Source of the DNA: Lama guanicoe
Lineage: Eukaryota
Direction: 5' to 3'
NCBI GenBank assembly: GCA_013239625.1
Contig: MU056050.1
Location: forward strand, 2,218,084-2,282,083
Length of the DNA stretch: 64,000 nt
Of the stretch, positions 42,446 to 55,699 are shown piece by piece. The translations under genes were made by a program, and so were the position numbers. Numbering within the stretch: the first letter of the stretch is position 1; each line of letters begins with the position of its first letter. Below the pieces are notes generated by a model. It made no database searches and was not told the origin of the DNA. It saw only the letters and a program-made list of their open reading frames with translations.

Positions 42446-42541
42446 TGAAGGTCTTTTTGTACTGATTAGCAATCACATTTTGAACCACTGTTTATTTTCT
42501 ACCCTAAAATGGCTTTCCTTCCCAACACACACTCCCTGACA

Positions 42542-42720
42542 CAGTGGGACCCCTTTATAACACCAGCGCTAAAGGAATAAGGCGAACACCGGCCTCAGAG
42601 GCCTGCCACGTGCCATCAATCGTCGACTCCATAGAGCTATGGTTATGAGGAATCTCAGTCTGGCCCACCACGTTTCCAAAGCAGTAATATCACGAGCTGT
42701 GTTATAAGGGGGTTTTACTG
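42542..42720. mobile_element. Probable ancient TcMar-Tigger-like MITE with about 26-bp terminal inverted repeats
   Basis: Termini cagtgggacccctttataacac / gtgttataagggggttttactg, followed by TA on the right (CA on the left). CAGT...ACTG with a TA target site is the Tigger pattern. Confidence 0.5.
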
Positions 42721-45025
42721 TATTTCACATTTCGAAAGTTCAAAGAGAAAATAGAACAACAGCCAAAAGACAAAAACAAAAAAGATCCAGTTGTGACAGT
42801 ACTTTTTCTTAACCTCTTACAGTGTCAGAGACTTTGTACTTGTAAATGCCTTTGGTTATTAATAGCATTATGTCGATCCCACCTGAAAACAGTCAAAGAA
42901 AGAAATCACAAAGACTGGTCTCTGTAAGCAGAATGATTAGCCTCCTCTCAGCTGCTGTCGTATTGAGTTCAGCATCTATTTGGATCTCAAATCTCATTAA
43001 GTCTGTCACACTTCTCTCTTCCAAAGGTGTCATTTGAATCTCTGTACGTAATACTTTTACAATTCAGTCGCATGCTCCTTACGGGTATACATTGTCAGGA
43101 TAACATCACATTGATAAGCATGAAACACTCTTCCCCGCCTCCTTCCTGCCCCCTTTTGCTCCCCTAAGAAAGTTCTTTTTTAGTTTCAATTTTTGCCTTT
43201 CCTTTTTTTGAACTAATATTGTGGTATCAGTTAATTCATTTCATGAAGTGCCACTCATTTTCCTTGTGCAGTGAACCATTTTGCTACTGGTTTTCTACAT
43301 CCCACAACAGGGAATTTTGTGAAACTTAAGTACATGGAACTTGAAACTGTTTGTTGCTACAGCTTAGATGGATTATGTAAAGGACACGTTTTCCCCATCA
43401 AAAACTGCATACATATAAAAATCTAATAGGAGAGGGAGGGTTACCAGAAATTGGTCCATTTCCTGATGGACCGTGGAACATCCTTGCAGATAGCTTCACC
43501 AGCCTCCTTAAGGAGATGATCCATTGTTTCATAAGTGACAGAAATTCCTACCACTTTTCTAGCTGTCATTCATCCTAGGAGAGTGACTATTTGCAAGGTT
43601 GTTGTAGACATGAAGCATGTCCACATCCCCTTCCTGATGATGTGATTCAATTCCAATTGGCCTTTTTATGAAGGTAAACCAGTACAGGACTGGCTCCTAT
43701 GAAAACAGAGTCAGGACATGGCCATATCGTCTTTACATTTAATTCTTTAAGTGATGATACCAGGACTGGCTGAGTGTTAACTGTCAGCAGTGGCCATCAT
43801 CTGCTCACTGTGCTATCATTTGAATAAGATACTCAATTCACTGGCTTAGCAATTTGGGTTTTCCATTCTATTGTATTCAGCAGCAAAATGGTTACATTCC
43901 CTCTAAAAAGACTACAAAATGCTATTTTATTTTATTTTTTTTCAAAGAAAGGCTCCTGGCTCTTGGTGTGTCCTACCTCAAGGTAGGACTCAAGGCACCA
44001 ACTGTTTTCTTTCCATTGTTCAGCAGTACAGTTTTTGCTTTTTCATACAGGCAGATAGCTTAGTCCAGATTTGCACAGTTTGACCTGAAAGTCACTGACC
44101 GGCTTCCTCGATTTCCACCCCCATTTTAAATAGAAAGCAGATAAGTGTAGGTTTTTTTTTTCCCCCTAATTATTCTTTACACTCCCTGGAGTAAAAGCTA
44201 AAAATGAGCTGAATTTTGTTTTAATCATCAGCCTCTTGGAAAAGCTTTCTGATTTGTATGGAGCCAATTCAGGACCCAGTGGGGGTCCTCTTGAGAGTTT
44301 TCCTTAAACTCTCAGGAAGAGGGGAAGGAGCCAGTGCTTTGTGCTGTGCCCTTGTTCCAGCAGCACAAAGACTTGCCGCCCTGAGGAGGAGAACTTAGCA
44401 ACCAGTCCCTAAAGGGAGCAATTTGTCAGCCACCGGATGAGAGGGGAGAATTAATCCTTTTTAAGCAAACCCTTGCAAACTCCCCAGATGTGACTATCAG
44501 GAAAGTCTACTATTCTCACCTGGTATCTTAAAGACTAGTTGTTGACAAGTTTGTCACAGGGAGAACAAGGGAGAAAGGAGTGTTGCGGGGCAGAGAGGGG
44601 AAAGAGTGCTTCAAGTTCCCAAATGAAAAGAGTGTTACATTTATAGAGATATGTCACAGCTCGACTCTGGCAAATGGTGTTTATGGAAGCTAGCAGAAGA
44701 ATAAATTGTGCTTGTGTTTACATTTTTGCTCCCATGGCCAAGTGCTGTTTTATTTCGTTTTGACACCATTTTGAGGTACTAAAGGATTTAAAGAGTCGAA
44801 ATAAAAGAACATTTAGGTAAGGACCATGACTGTCAGCAGAAGCACAATGTACCATCTTGCTGGCCATTGTGACACGTCAGCCAGATGCCAGACTTGAGTC
44901 ATAACACTTACATCAATGTTTAGTTATTTTACAACTTAGAAATATCCTATACTGTTGTAATGTATTATAATGTCCCATTGCCTTTGTTTTCCCCAAGAAC
45001 TAATCACGTTGTTCATTTCTCTTAG

Positions 45026-45271
<246 letters not shown>

Positions 45272-45519
45272 GGGTACGGTTAAGGTCTAGTAAACTAATC
45301 AGTTTGCGTTACTGTATGTTAATCTCTTTTTTCCCCTCTTTCTTTGTTTCTCAGTTTGGTTTATTATTTCAAGCATTGTCTATTCTTTGCAACCACTTAA
45401 TTCTTTGAAAACAATGGTTGTGCTTTCTTGTCAGACAGTAGAGTTTTCTAATACCAGGGTTGTAGTTAAATTGTGGCCTGTGACCCAAAAGGAAAAAAAG
45501 AACAATTCTTTAGAGCAAC

Positions 45520-45845
45520 ACTGTTCAATGGGAATATTTGCAAGCCACGTATGTGAACCCCATGTGTAATTTTAAGTGCTCTCTTGGCCACAGTTTCAAA
45601 AGTAACACAAGTGAAATTAATTGAATGATATATTTTGTTTAAATCAACATATCCAAAATATTATCATTTCAACATGTTATCAATATAAAAACTGAATGAG
45701 ATATTTTACATTCTTTTCTTCATACTAAGTCTTAGAAACTGGAGGTGTGTCTTATGCTTATGACACATCTCAACTCATACTAGCCACATAGCGAGTGTTC
45801 AAGAGTCACATGTGGCTGGTGACTACCGTACTGGACAGTGCAGCT
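45520..45845. mobile_element. MER33/MER3-like hAT-Charlie element
   Basis: ctgttcaat...atccaaaatattatcatttcaacatg...actagccacat...cacatgtggctggtgactaccgtactggacagtgcag. Confidence 0.75.
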
Positions 45846-47324
45846 CTAGAAAAAGCAGCTCTATGGAACTGCTGTTAAAATGAGGAGTGGAAGGGGGGCA
45901 CGGCCACCTTGAGAAATGTAGTCTTTCTGTAGGGGAGTGATGGTTCTCTTAAATGTAAGCCTGGGAATTTCTTTAATCCTTGAGTTCCTGTGTTGTTTCT
46001 TTCTTGGAACTGATATTCAGGTAAGTGTTTCCCAAAGGACAGTCTAGATTCCCTGCTCCTGGCTGTCCCCAAATTCATACTTAAATGAACCTGACTGATG
46101 ACACCTTGACTCTGGCAGCTACAGCCAAAACTCACCAATAACTCAGACACGTTCAAAGGCAAGCTTGAATTAAGATAACATCTCCATTCTGGAAGCGTTT
46201 AAGAGAATATAGCTTTGTTACCTTCAAGTGCATCTGTCATCACTAACACACCTATCTGAAGTGGAACAGTGCAGTTAGCAACTTCATAGCCCTTTTTTTT
46301 TGGTGGGAGATTTTTGACCTTAGGAGTCATGGTCAATGGGCTTGAATTTCTACAGATGCATTTGTGTTTTGACCTCCTTATGTTTCATGGTGTGCATCTA
46401 AGTTCAGCCAATTTTTAAATAATATTTCATCCAAAAAATCATTTGTCCTCGCCTTGTTTGATGAAGCTGCTGGCTGTCCTTTCCTGCTGCAGACTGCAGC
46501 CTTTTACCACAGCGTATTCAGTACACTGAACTAACCCACTAACCAAGTGTTCCCATCGCATTGCTGAATGTACAGTACATGGATTCATCTGTAATTAGCA
46601 TTGTTTGCATGCAAGCGTTCAATGTCCTGGTATGCTTAAAATAGCTTACTCTTGAGTAGATTATATAGGCCCATTACAATTTGGGGCACATTATTTGCTT
46701 TCTCATAGGATAGTATATGGGTGATTTCAGCCTAGCTTAATTATTCCAAATTCTGAGAGACTGGCATCCAAAGAAATAAAACACCTTAAATCTGCATAAC
46801 AGTTTTCCAAGTACTCTCGCACATCTATTGCCTCATTTGAGGTAATGGGTCAAAACAGATTTTCCCTTTCAGGTAGCTAAGCGCCAGCCACAACAAATGA
46901 CGCAACACAATGGGCCGTGGCAGTTCTGGGGCTAGAAGCCAGCTCTTTTTCCTCCTGTAGCTGTATTCTTTACTAAACCATGTCACCACTAACCAGCCAT
47001 GGCCCGGTGGTCTCCAGAAACCTTGAAACCCCAATGGAATCCTTTCAGATGGAGAGCAGACCCTAGGTCTCTGACTCACTTGTTTACAAAAATATCTTGA
47101 GGGACCTCACCAAACCTCCACGTGCCCTACTTCTGACGCACTCGACATGAGGGTGTATCGTCAATCACTCCTACTTTCCCCCCAAAGGAATCTGAAACAG
47201 AAGGGTCTCAGGGCTTAGGGTCACGCAGCCTGCAGACCCTCTTTATCATCAGCCATTCCATCTGTGAATTGCTGTCCCCACTGCCCAGCTACTAGAGCCT
47301 CAGTCCCTGATTCCAGTCTCAGAG

Positions 47325-47475
47325 CAGTGCTTCTCAAACGGCAGCGTGCGTGTGAATCACCTGGGGATCTCAGGAAACTGCAGAGCCCAACTCAGTAGGT
47401 CTGGGGTGGGGCCTGAAATTCTGCATTTCTCACATGCTCGTAGGTCATGTTGCTCTGCCGGGCCAGGGAGTAGTA
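47325..47475. mobile_element. MER5A-like element
   Basis: cagtgcttctcaaac...gaatcacctgggga...tcagtaggtctggggtggggcctga...tctgcatttct. Confidence 0.8.
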
Positions 47476-47513
47476 AGATTCCAGAGAGAATTCTCTCAGA
47501 GGGTGTCACTTAA

Positions 47514-47612
47514 GGGAAGGAAGGAAGGGAAGGGGGAAAGACGGAAGAAGAGTGAGAAAAAGAAAGAGACAGAGATAGAGGAGAGAGAGAGAGAAGGGGG
47601 AAAAAGAAAAAA
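47514..47612. repeat. GA-rich low-complexity tract
   Basis: Almost pure purine run (ggaa, gaga). Confidence 0.8.
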
Positions 47613-50162
47613 CTGAGATCAGCAAACCTTTGGGCAGAATGCTGCAGTCGTGATGTGGAGGCCCAGAACATCAAACCTGGGGGAAGAGCCTCAGAAATGA
47701 ACTTACCACAACTTCTGCTGCTCTGCCTTTCCTTTAGCCATCTTGGTTGATCCATTTTGTGAAGCATGATTCAGGCTAATTGAGGCAAAAATCACATCTG
47801 AATAGACATTGATGCCAATGTGGTTACAGCCCAGTTAGCTAGCACCTTGGCAGTCATACCTAGGGTGAAAAAAAACCTGGGAAAAGCCTCTGCAAAGAAA
47901 TCTGTCCTCCAAGGCTGTGTGAAGTCCACAGACAAGAAGGAAAAGCCTCAGAGGATGCCAGAAAAAAAAATCCTGACATGTGTCAGTTGAGGCACCAAGC
48001 AGGCTGAGCAGGAAATAAAAACCTTTCTGCTGTCCCCAGCCAGTCTGGGGACATAACATTAGGGAAATGTTGACTAAATGAAGAATGGGCTCTTCATCCA
48101 TTGATCTTTTGTTGCCCAAGAAGTTCTGGGATATCTCCAAGTGACTTCTAATTTGTTACCTAGCTATTGGCTTCCGGTTCTCTGAGTTGGCCTAGATCTG
48201 TCAGGGTCTGTGCAGGGGCACGGAGATGGAGAGGCACCCTGAGATTTTACTTTTATTGCTAATTATCAGAGCCAGCCTTGGGAGTTTATGGTACGAGTAA
48301 TTCTTCAGGAAGAATGACTCAAGGGCAAATCAAACAAGAATATGATCCAGGTGAAATCTGCCTAATAAAAAGGCCTCCTTGAAAGAGGAGGGAGTCATCT
48401 CTAATTTTCCATGGGTGAGAGTCAAGTCAGGATTACTGAACTCATTATAGGAACACACACCTCTGATCCGGCACCCACTTGGGAGCAGGCAACCTCTTGA
48501 CTACCGCCTGCCTGTCTGGGTTACTGACCAACCACTGGAGGTGTGGCCCCCAGCATGTCTGGGCAGGTGACCAACCACCAAGCCTTCCAAATTCACTGCT
48601 CCCTAGGGTTGACTGCTAATTGTTTTAAGAAATTCTTTCTGATTTCTTCATTGCTGTTCAGAACTACTTTGGGCTTCTTTGGTTTCTTCAATATTTTGAA
48701 ATCCTTCTCATTTCAAAGACTTCAAAACACAAGAAGTTAAGGACAAAGATTTCTATTTTTCCTCTAAAACAGTTCTGTTTAGTCTTCCTTAAAAATATCA
48801 ACTTTGTTCATGCTGTCCATTTCAAAGTGATGAATTTTCCATCGCAGCCCATGCATAGACATTCTCATCAGGGAAGTGGTCCTGCTTTAAAGAGTTCATC
48901 TTATGTCAAGTGGAAAACATATTCTAGATAACTGAGGTGGTGATGTTCTTTGTCCCCAGAGGACTTTTACTTCAGTGCTAATACTTCATCTACCACCATT
49001 TAAAAGCAGGACACAGAGGCACTGAAAGATTAGGTGACTTTCCCAAAGTTATGCAGTGAGGTAGTGACATCCCATAGCAAATGGGGAGGGAGGAGGGGTG
49101 TTTGATCTTTCTGCCATAGATACAAAATTTCTCCAAACTTCTGAGATAGGTATGACCCTGGACCATAGGGATTCCAAGGAAGAGGTTTACCCACTTCCAT
49201 GTTAATCTTATTCTGCCCTCTTTGGGCCTTCAGATGCATCTTTTAGTATACGTGCTGCCAAAGCGAGCTTCAGATGCATTTTTGATACTCTTCTCACAAA
49301 TACTTTTATTTCAGAGCCAGTGGTAGATAGTGATCCTGCATTCCTTTGGGATAAAATTCAGTGTTAGCTCAGGAGGAAAACAAGGCTCCCATTAGTGTAT
49401 TGGGAAAAGATGGAGAGGAGGGATGTGAGCTTGAAGAGGAGGCAGGCAAGTGGCCTTAAAGTTTCAGTGTTGGGGTCAAATGAATACCCCGCACTAGTTA
49501 ATGCCTCCAAAATGAGGGCAGCATCAGCATCTCAATTAGGCCCATAAAATCAGGGCAAAGATCCCATGGATGCCAAGCCCCTTCATGGGTATCCCTGTTC
49601 TGGCTTCTTCTTAGAATGTGCTGTCTCTTTTAAGTCCATGTGCTATTTTCAAACTTTAATAACTAAGGTTATAAGTATTAAGAGAAACAAGCTGTCACCT
49701 TTCTGGCAAGAAGCAGCAAATTTTCTTCTCACAGTCAAATGGATTTCAATTGAGCAAGCCTAGATAAACAGTCCTCTGTCACAGATTCTGCAATCAGAAT
49801 ACACTGTGCTATGTAGCTGTCCTGAGTATCTGTATTGAAATGCCACTATGGCTTTCTGGTATACCTACATCCCATGTGATTAACATTTTAAGTTAGACTT
49901 CATGCAACGCCCGTGTATTCCTTAGTACAGTGCATAGTTTAAAAAAAGAAAAAATCTAGCGTAACCTATTGCAAAGCATTTGCTTCAAGTGAAAGGCTTT
50001 AAACAGACCTGTTGCCTAAAGCCAGTCAAACCAGGTGCAGCCTCAGTGATGCCAGTTTAAGGAAACAGCCATGGTTCTCATCCAAGATAGACTGAGCCAT
50101 AATGAACTTCTCAATTCCCAGTAGAAGCCTGTTCAAATTTAAATTTCCCCTTGCCTTTGCAG

Positions 50163-52350
50163 ATCCCTTCCCACTGGAGGCATGTGACGAGAGGAATCAC
50201 CGAAAACGTGGCTGCTTCAAGGATCCTGAGCCAGATTTCACTCTCCTTGGTGTCGGGCATGACACGAATATTGCTGATGGTGCAATGACCTTTCAATAGA
50301 AAAAACTGATTTTTTTTTCCTTCAGTGCCTTATGGAATACTCTGAGACTCGCGACAATGCAAACCATCATTGAAATCTTTTTGCTTTGCTTGAAAAAAAT
50401 TAAAATAAAACCAACAAAAAAATGGACATGCAAGATTCCAGTATGCGAAAACAAATCTTATTTAAAAACAAAGTCAATTCAACAAAAGCCATTCTTTGAT
50501 ACCACTGCACAGTATACAAACACCATTTTCTTTAATATACAACACAAATTTAAAATTCTAATTCAGCAAATAGGCCCATCTTAGCTAAAATAATTAATTC
50601 TTCCTGATTTAAAAAAAAAATCTGACTCCCTGTGTCTGGGAGGACAGACTGGCATTTCTTCTAGGATCTGCTGACCAGATGTTTTTGGTATTTCCTGTTG
50701 GTGGTGATGTTCTGTGCACCCTATTTCCTTTCAACGTTGCCGAAATGTGTATATCTTTAGAATGTAAATGCAACACTTAAGAAAATTCAAATACTTTGGA
50801 AAAGGGACTAAACGGTGACTTCTGTGTTTTGAAATGGTTTTGTGAAAATGCTTTGCTAACTTCCCACTCGGTGAAGGGATTAACAGAGCTTTTGAAATTG
50901 ACTTGTGTGTAGCAAGGGACGGGGCACTACAGGCATACCTCTCGGTGCTTTCCTAAAACGGATCCCGGGGCTTTCCTTGAGAAGCCTGGAATTTCAGCTC
51001 ACAGATCTGTTTTTCTTGCTTCAGTGTGCATTTTAAGTCAAGATAGCTGAGAATTTAGCATTGAGGTGAGGGAAATGCTGCCTACACTCCCAAATGTGTT
51101 CAGAATATCTTTCTCAAAAACAACACTGTGTTTAGCTCTGCTTTCTCTACTAAGTATGCCTTTGAAGTGTACACAACGGAGACAGGACCACGTTGCAAGG
51201 CGGGCCAGTGGGTTCAGACCACAGTTCTCAATCTGACTTTCCTCTTGCTAGGTCTGTCTTACCAGCTGTTGCCTGTTATTGCCCGTGGCTCTCCATCAGA
51301 CTGCATGTGTCCTTTTCTAGTTTGCAAAGACTAAAATGCATTCCCAAACCTACTGCTAAACCAAGGACCTCAGCACCACTCCCAGGTCCTTGCCTGGAGC
51401 AGTCTCTCTACTGACGCAGAAGATCGCTCCACTGCTCCATGGGCTATCAAGTAACTAATTGCATACCTGCCATTGGCATCATCAGAACAGTCAGAGGAAA
51501 TAGTTTCCGCTCACTAATTACCTCCTACATAACGACGTATGCTTTCTGTAGTTCAGTAGTTTGCTCTCATCAGTGACGTGCATTGGGAAGTTTCCAGACT
51601 GTAAAAACTAGGAGCTCGAATTCATTTCCCAAGTGTGACCCTTAGATGCTTTAGTTGACTCGCTGCATATTTGCTCTTGTCTTCAGAAGAGAAAGGAAGA
51701 AGTCTCGTTTCCAACGAAACGTTTCCGGAAAAGTGTAATATAAACTTTCATCCAAAAATTGTGTCATAAGCAAATAACTCACCTGTCAAATTTTCAATGG
51801 TATTTGAACAAAAAAAAAGAAAGCTGTTGTGTTTTCGTTCCGTTTTGTTTTCCTGAAACTGTGATTTTCAACTTCTGAATGCTATAATGTCCCAGCGCGG
51901 GAAGCTAATGCTGTGCGAATATGAAGTTGTATAAAACAAACCAACCAACCTACACACAAACTTTTCAGAGGCACTGTGTAAAGGGAAATGTGTGTTTATT
52001 GACTCAAATCAGCTTTTCAGAGAGGAAACTTTACTGGAATTGAAGAGGCAGGTAAATTGGTTTGTTATTTTTTAAAAACTTGCATGTTTAAAAAAAACAT
52101 TGATTGCTTCAAATTTCTGCTACTAACTTCAAGCTATGGGAGTTTGGCGGTAGTCACTTGAAGATTTTTTCCAATTATTTTCTTTTTGTCATTAAAGCTG
52201 TACTTCAGTGAACAGAAACATTGCCAAGCAAACTAATGGCTGTAAAAGCGTAAATTGCATGTGTGGGCATAAATTACGGAGCCTCATTGCCATGAGGTAT
52301 TGTACAAAGTTTTAATACATTTTGTAAATAAAATTGTAAAGAAAGAATTC
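50163..52350 (+). other. GRIA3: Terminal non-coding exon (3'UTR) of GRIA3
   Basis: Acceptor ccccttgcctttgcag|ATCCC at 50162/50163. The spliced junction TAGGG-ATCCCTTCCC matches my recollection of mammalian GRIA3 mRNA. The stretch is repeat-free and AU-rich up to AATAAA 52327. The 3' end is approximate. Confidence 0.85.
52327..52332 (+). terminator. Polyadenylation signal AATAAA
   Basis: AATAAA with upstream TGTA elements (52301, 52323) and a downstream U/GU-rich tract (ttctgtttctgggctttg, about 52348-52365). Confidence 0.8.
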
Positions 52351-55300
52351 TGTTTCTGGGCTTTGACTGCTTAAACTTTACTTGGATGCAGATGCCAAGA
52401 AGTTATTATTCACCAGTGTACTTCCCACCAGAAGCTTTGCCAATGACGTACAGTCACCTTACAGGTGATCTGCACAAAGGATTATGCCTCTCCCCACCCC
52501 AAATGCAACCACAGTCAGGTTCAGACCCCCAACCGAAATGGAACTGTACCAAGACACTAGGTTAGGTCTGTCAGGATCACCACCAGTGAGATGATGTCAA
52601 CAGGAAGCGGGACTTCAGTTCACATGTGAAGGAGGAAAAAATTTGACTTCAGGGCCTTCATTCCTATTCGTTACTTCCTCCACCCTTTGGCGCCCTCTCC
52701 TCAGACATTGGTCTTGACCTCCCAAGGAAGTGCCCAAACTCAGAATTGATGATCTTCCGAAACAGTTCCAATTACTTCCCCAGGTTATCACAAAGTATCT
52801 GTCTTAGTTAATTGGCTCCATTTTGTGCTACTGCCTTAATTACTGATAATAATGTTTCAGGGGAAAATCTATTCCACTAAAGGCCACTGATCTAGAGTGG
52901 AGAAAGAAAGAACGAATTCAGGACTATACTGATCTCTGAATGTTTCTGAGAGAGGAACAAAAGGCTAATGGTCTAGTCTGAATTGTATATCCTGAACATG
53001 GAATATAGTTTTATCCAATAAAATAAAGCAAGTGTTTAAATGTAGACTAGTTTTAGATGATGACTGCCGAAGATAACAGCAAGTAATGATAGGAGAAAGG
53101 GAAAGGGGATAATTTGTAACTAAGCGAGAAAGGAAAAAGAGTGCAGCTGAGATGCTAGAGAGATAAAGAGGGAAGGCCATCTGGAGTTAGGGACACAGGG
53201 AACAAGGAACACAAGGCCCTGGAGAGAGAAAAATCGAGCAGGAAAGGCAAACTCTCAGAAGATTCTGAAATGTAGGCTGATATAAACCTGTTGTGGTCAA
53301 TTTTGCCTGTAGGCTTCATCGTATTACCACCATTTTCACTGTCCTCGGAAATGCCATCTATCGGTGAACCACTCACACTTTATAACTCTTCAACTGCTTT
53401 CCTTTTCTTTGATTAGGACACCTGTAGCAGTCCCACCAGAAGAGAACTGATTCTCCAGGGAGCACATTCAATGACCAGATTAGAGTGATGGTCCCCTTGG
53501 TGGTTGATGAAATCAATTCAAGTATCAAATATTATCCCCAAACCTTCCAAAATGATAGAGTTCTCTTATAACAGGAACTCCAGTTCCTTACCTCAAAGGA
53601 GAAGTTCATCCCAGGTGCTGTGGCAGATGATGGTGGAGTGCAATTTGGGTTTAGGTGGGGTCTGAGTGTTTTTCTCTTTGGAGGAAGGGAAAGCAAAAGA
53701 GGTGCTTTCAGTCTTTCTCAAATTAGACTATAGGTATCTATGTATCTTGCTTAAATATAGGACCAGACTCATCAACAAAGTCTGCAGAAAAGTCTCTGAC
53801 CTTCAAATGTCACATTCCCCCTGTGCACAAGAGGAGAATGCCTCTTGGTCTCTGCACTGGTTTTCTTGCCCTGCTAATAGTCACATCTGATCACACTCTG
53901 TCTACAGGACAGTCTTCAAACAAGAAGGGCAAATGTATTTAAGGAAACCTCGGTAGGATCGTGGAAGAAACAGGGCTGCAAATCACCTTCCTGGTATTGG
54001 TTGGGGCATAAGGGTTGATGGTGACTTGGGGAGATAAACAGAGAGGAGGAGGAGAACAAATCGAGAAGCAAAAAGCAAAACCATTATTCCTCAGAATCCA
54101 GACTCAGTGAAGCAGAAGAGGCACTGATATGCTATCTCATAAGAGTCATAAACCACCAAAGCCTATTACCAGTTGGAGAGTTACTTTCAAAATCTGAGCC
54201 AGCTATTTAGCTACTCTGGGCCCAACCCCTCCCCCTTACCCTCACCCTGTTGGACTGGGCCTCCTGGGCACCAATTTATTATTAGATCACTCGGTAGGTA
54301 TGAAACTCAGCAGCAATATATCTGCATTCAGTTGTGGGAGCACACAGAAGTTAGCGTCCTAGCAGGAAATCTCTTTTGAATCTGGGAGTACTGAGAGGAC
54401 TTACAGTTTCACCCCTATCATTCTGGACTGAACTGAAGGCAAGGTCTTGGAAGAGAGTGGTGGGTGGTACCGAGAATTAATGAAACTTGCCTCCAGAACT
54501 GAAAGACTGAGGTTCTAGGAGACCCCCCTATACATCTAAGACTAAGAGTCACGGACGAGCCATTCATATTCAGTGAAGATGGTGCAATTGGACTTTCTCC
54601 AGAGGCTCCCTGGGAGGGCACTGTCATTAGGAGAGAATGCAGGAGGGTATTAGGGAGGATCTGTCATTGTCCCAAACCTACTACCACTTTCTTAGCTTCC
54701 TCAACACCGAGCGTTCACAAGCTCATTTGAATAGGCAAGACGCCCAAGTTCTTTGACAGCCATTGTCCTTGTAACCAAAATCACCTGGACAAGACAGTTG
54801 GGGAAGGGCATGCACTTTCTTCCTGCCTCGCCAGGCTATGGGGAAAGCACACTTGGCTCCTGCCCTCAGGTGGGCAGCACGGGGCTTGCAGTCTTGGTGG
54901 CAAGGTAGGTAATGAATAGAAAGAATCTACATCCATTCATGCCCAATGCTGTGCTCAGAGAAAGGACAAAGAGGAACCCAAAATGAAAGCTTTTTCTCTG
55001 CCCATTCACTTGGCTTCATGCTTCCTCATACAATCAGGTGGAGCCTAACTGAATTTATCTTTGTGCTTCAAAACCCATAAGGCTTTTGAACTAAGGAGTC
55101 ATCCTGGCCCCTGTAAGCCTCTAGCTGCTGAGCAGCTCAGAATGACCACTTTCCTGCCAACCTGCCTGCCCTCTGAGCAGGAGGTATTTGCTTATTTATT
55201 GACTCACGATGCCCTAGCTATAAAAGCATAAAAGAAGTTACAATGGCAGCCTAAAAAATAATCCTTTCCCCATGTCAGCAGCGTTGGCAAAATTATCCCT

Positions 55301-55699
55301 GCAGTGGTTTCATTGAGCTTCAATCCTATAGCAAAATGGTTGATTTAAATTTTTCCTAATAAATATTCATTAAGCCTGAACAAGTCAATTAAAGCTCTGG
55401 CGGCAGCTCTCAAGAAGCTTGAATGCAGGCTGACAGGGGAAACAATTTTACAAATATTTCCAAACAACATTGAAGCCTTCCCCCATGAGGGTGCTAGTTC
55501 TCCTGAAAGACTGGCAACCCTCTCGAACCCTGGTAAAGCCCTCTAAGGCCCACATTTTCCCCCATTTACAGCATAGATCCAGAAAAGCTTGTTACACCCC
55601 CATCACCTCTTCCTTGATCACTGTGCTATGGCTTCTGCCTCACCACTCTGGAGGAACTGTTCTTGCCAAGGTCAATAAGCTGTATTCCTACTTTATTGC

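Noticed and set aside
50102..50299. 65-aa ORF overlapping the last acceptor
   Set aside because: Starts in the intron, is not in a phase reached from any exon found here, and has no recognisable homology.
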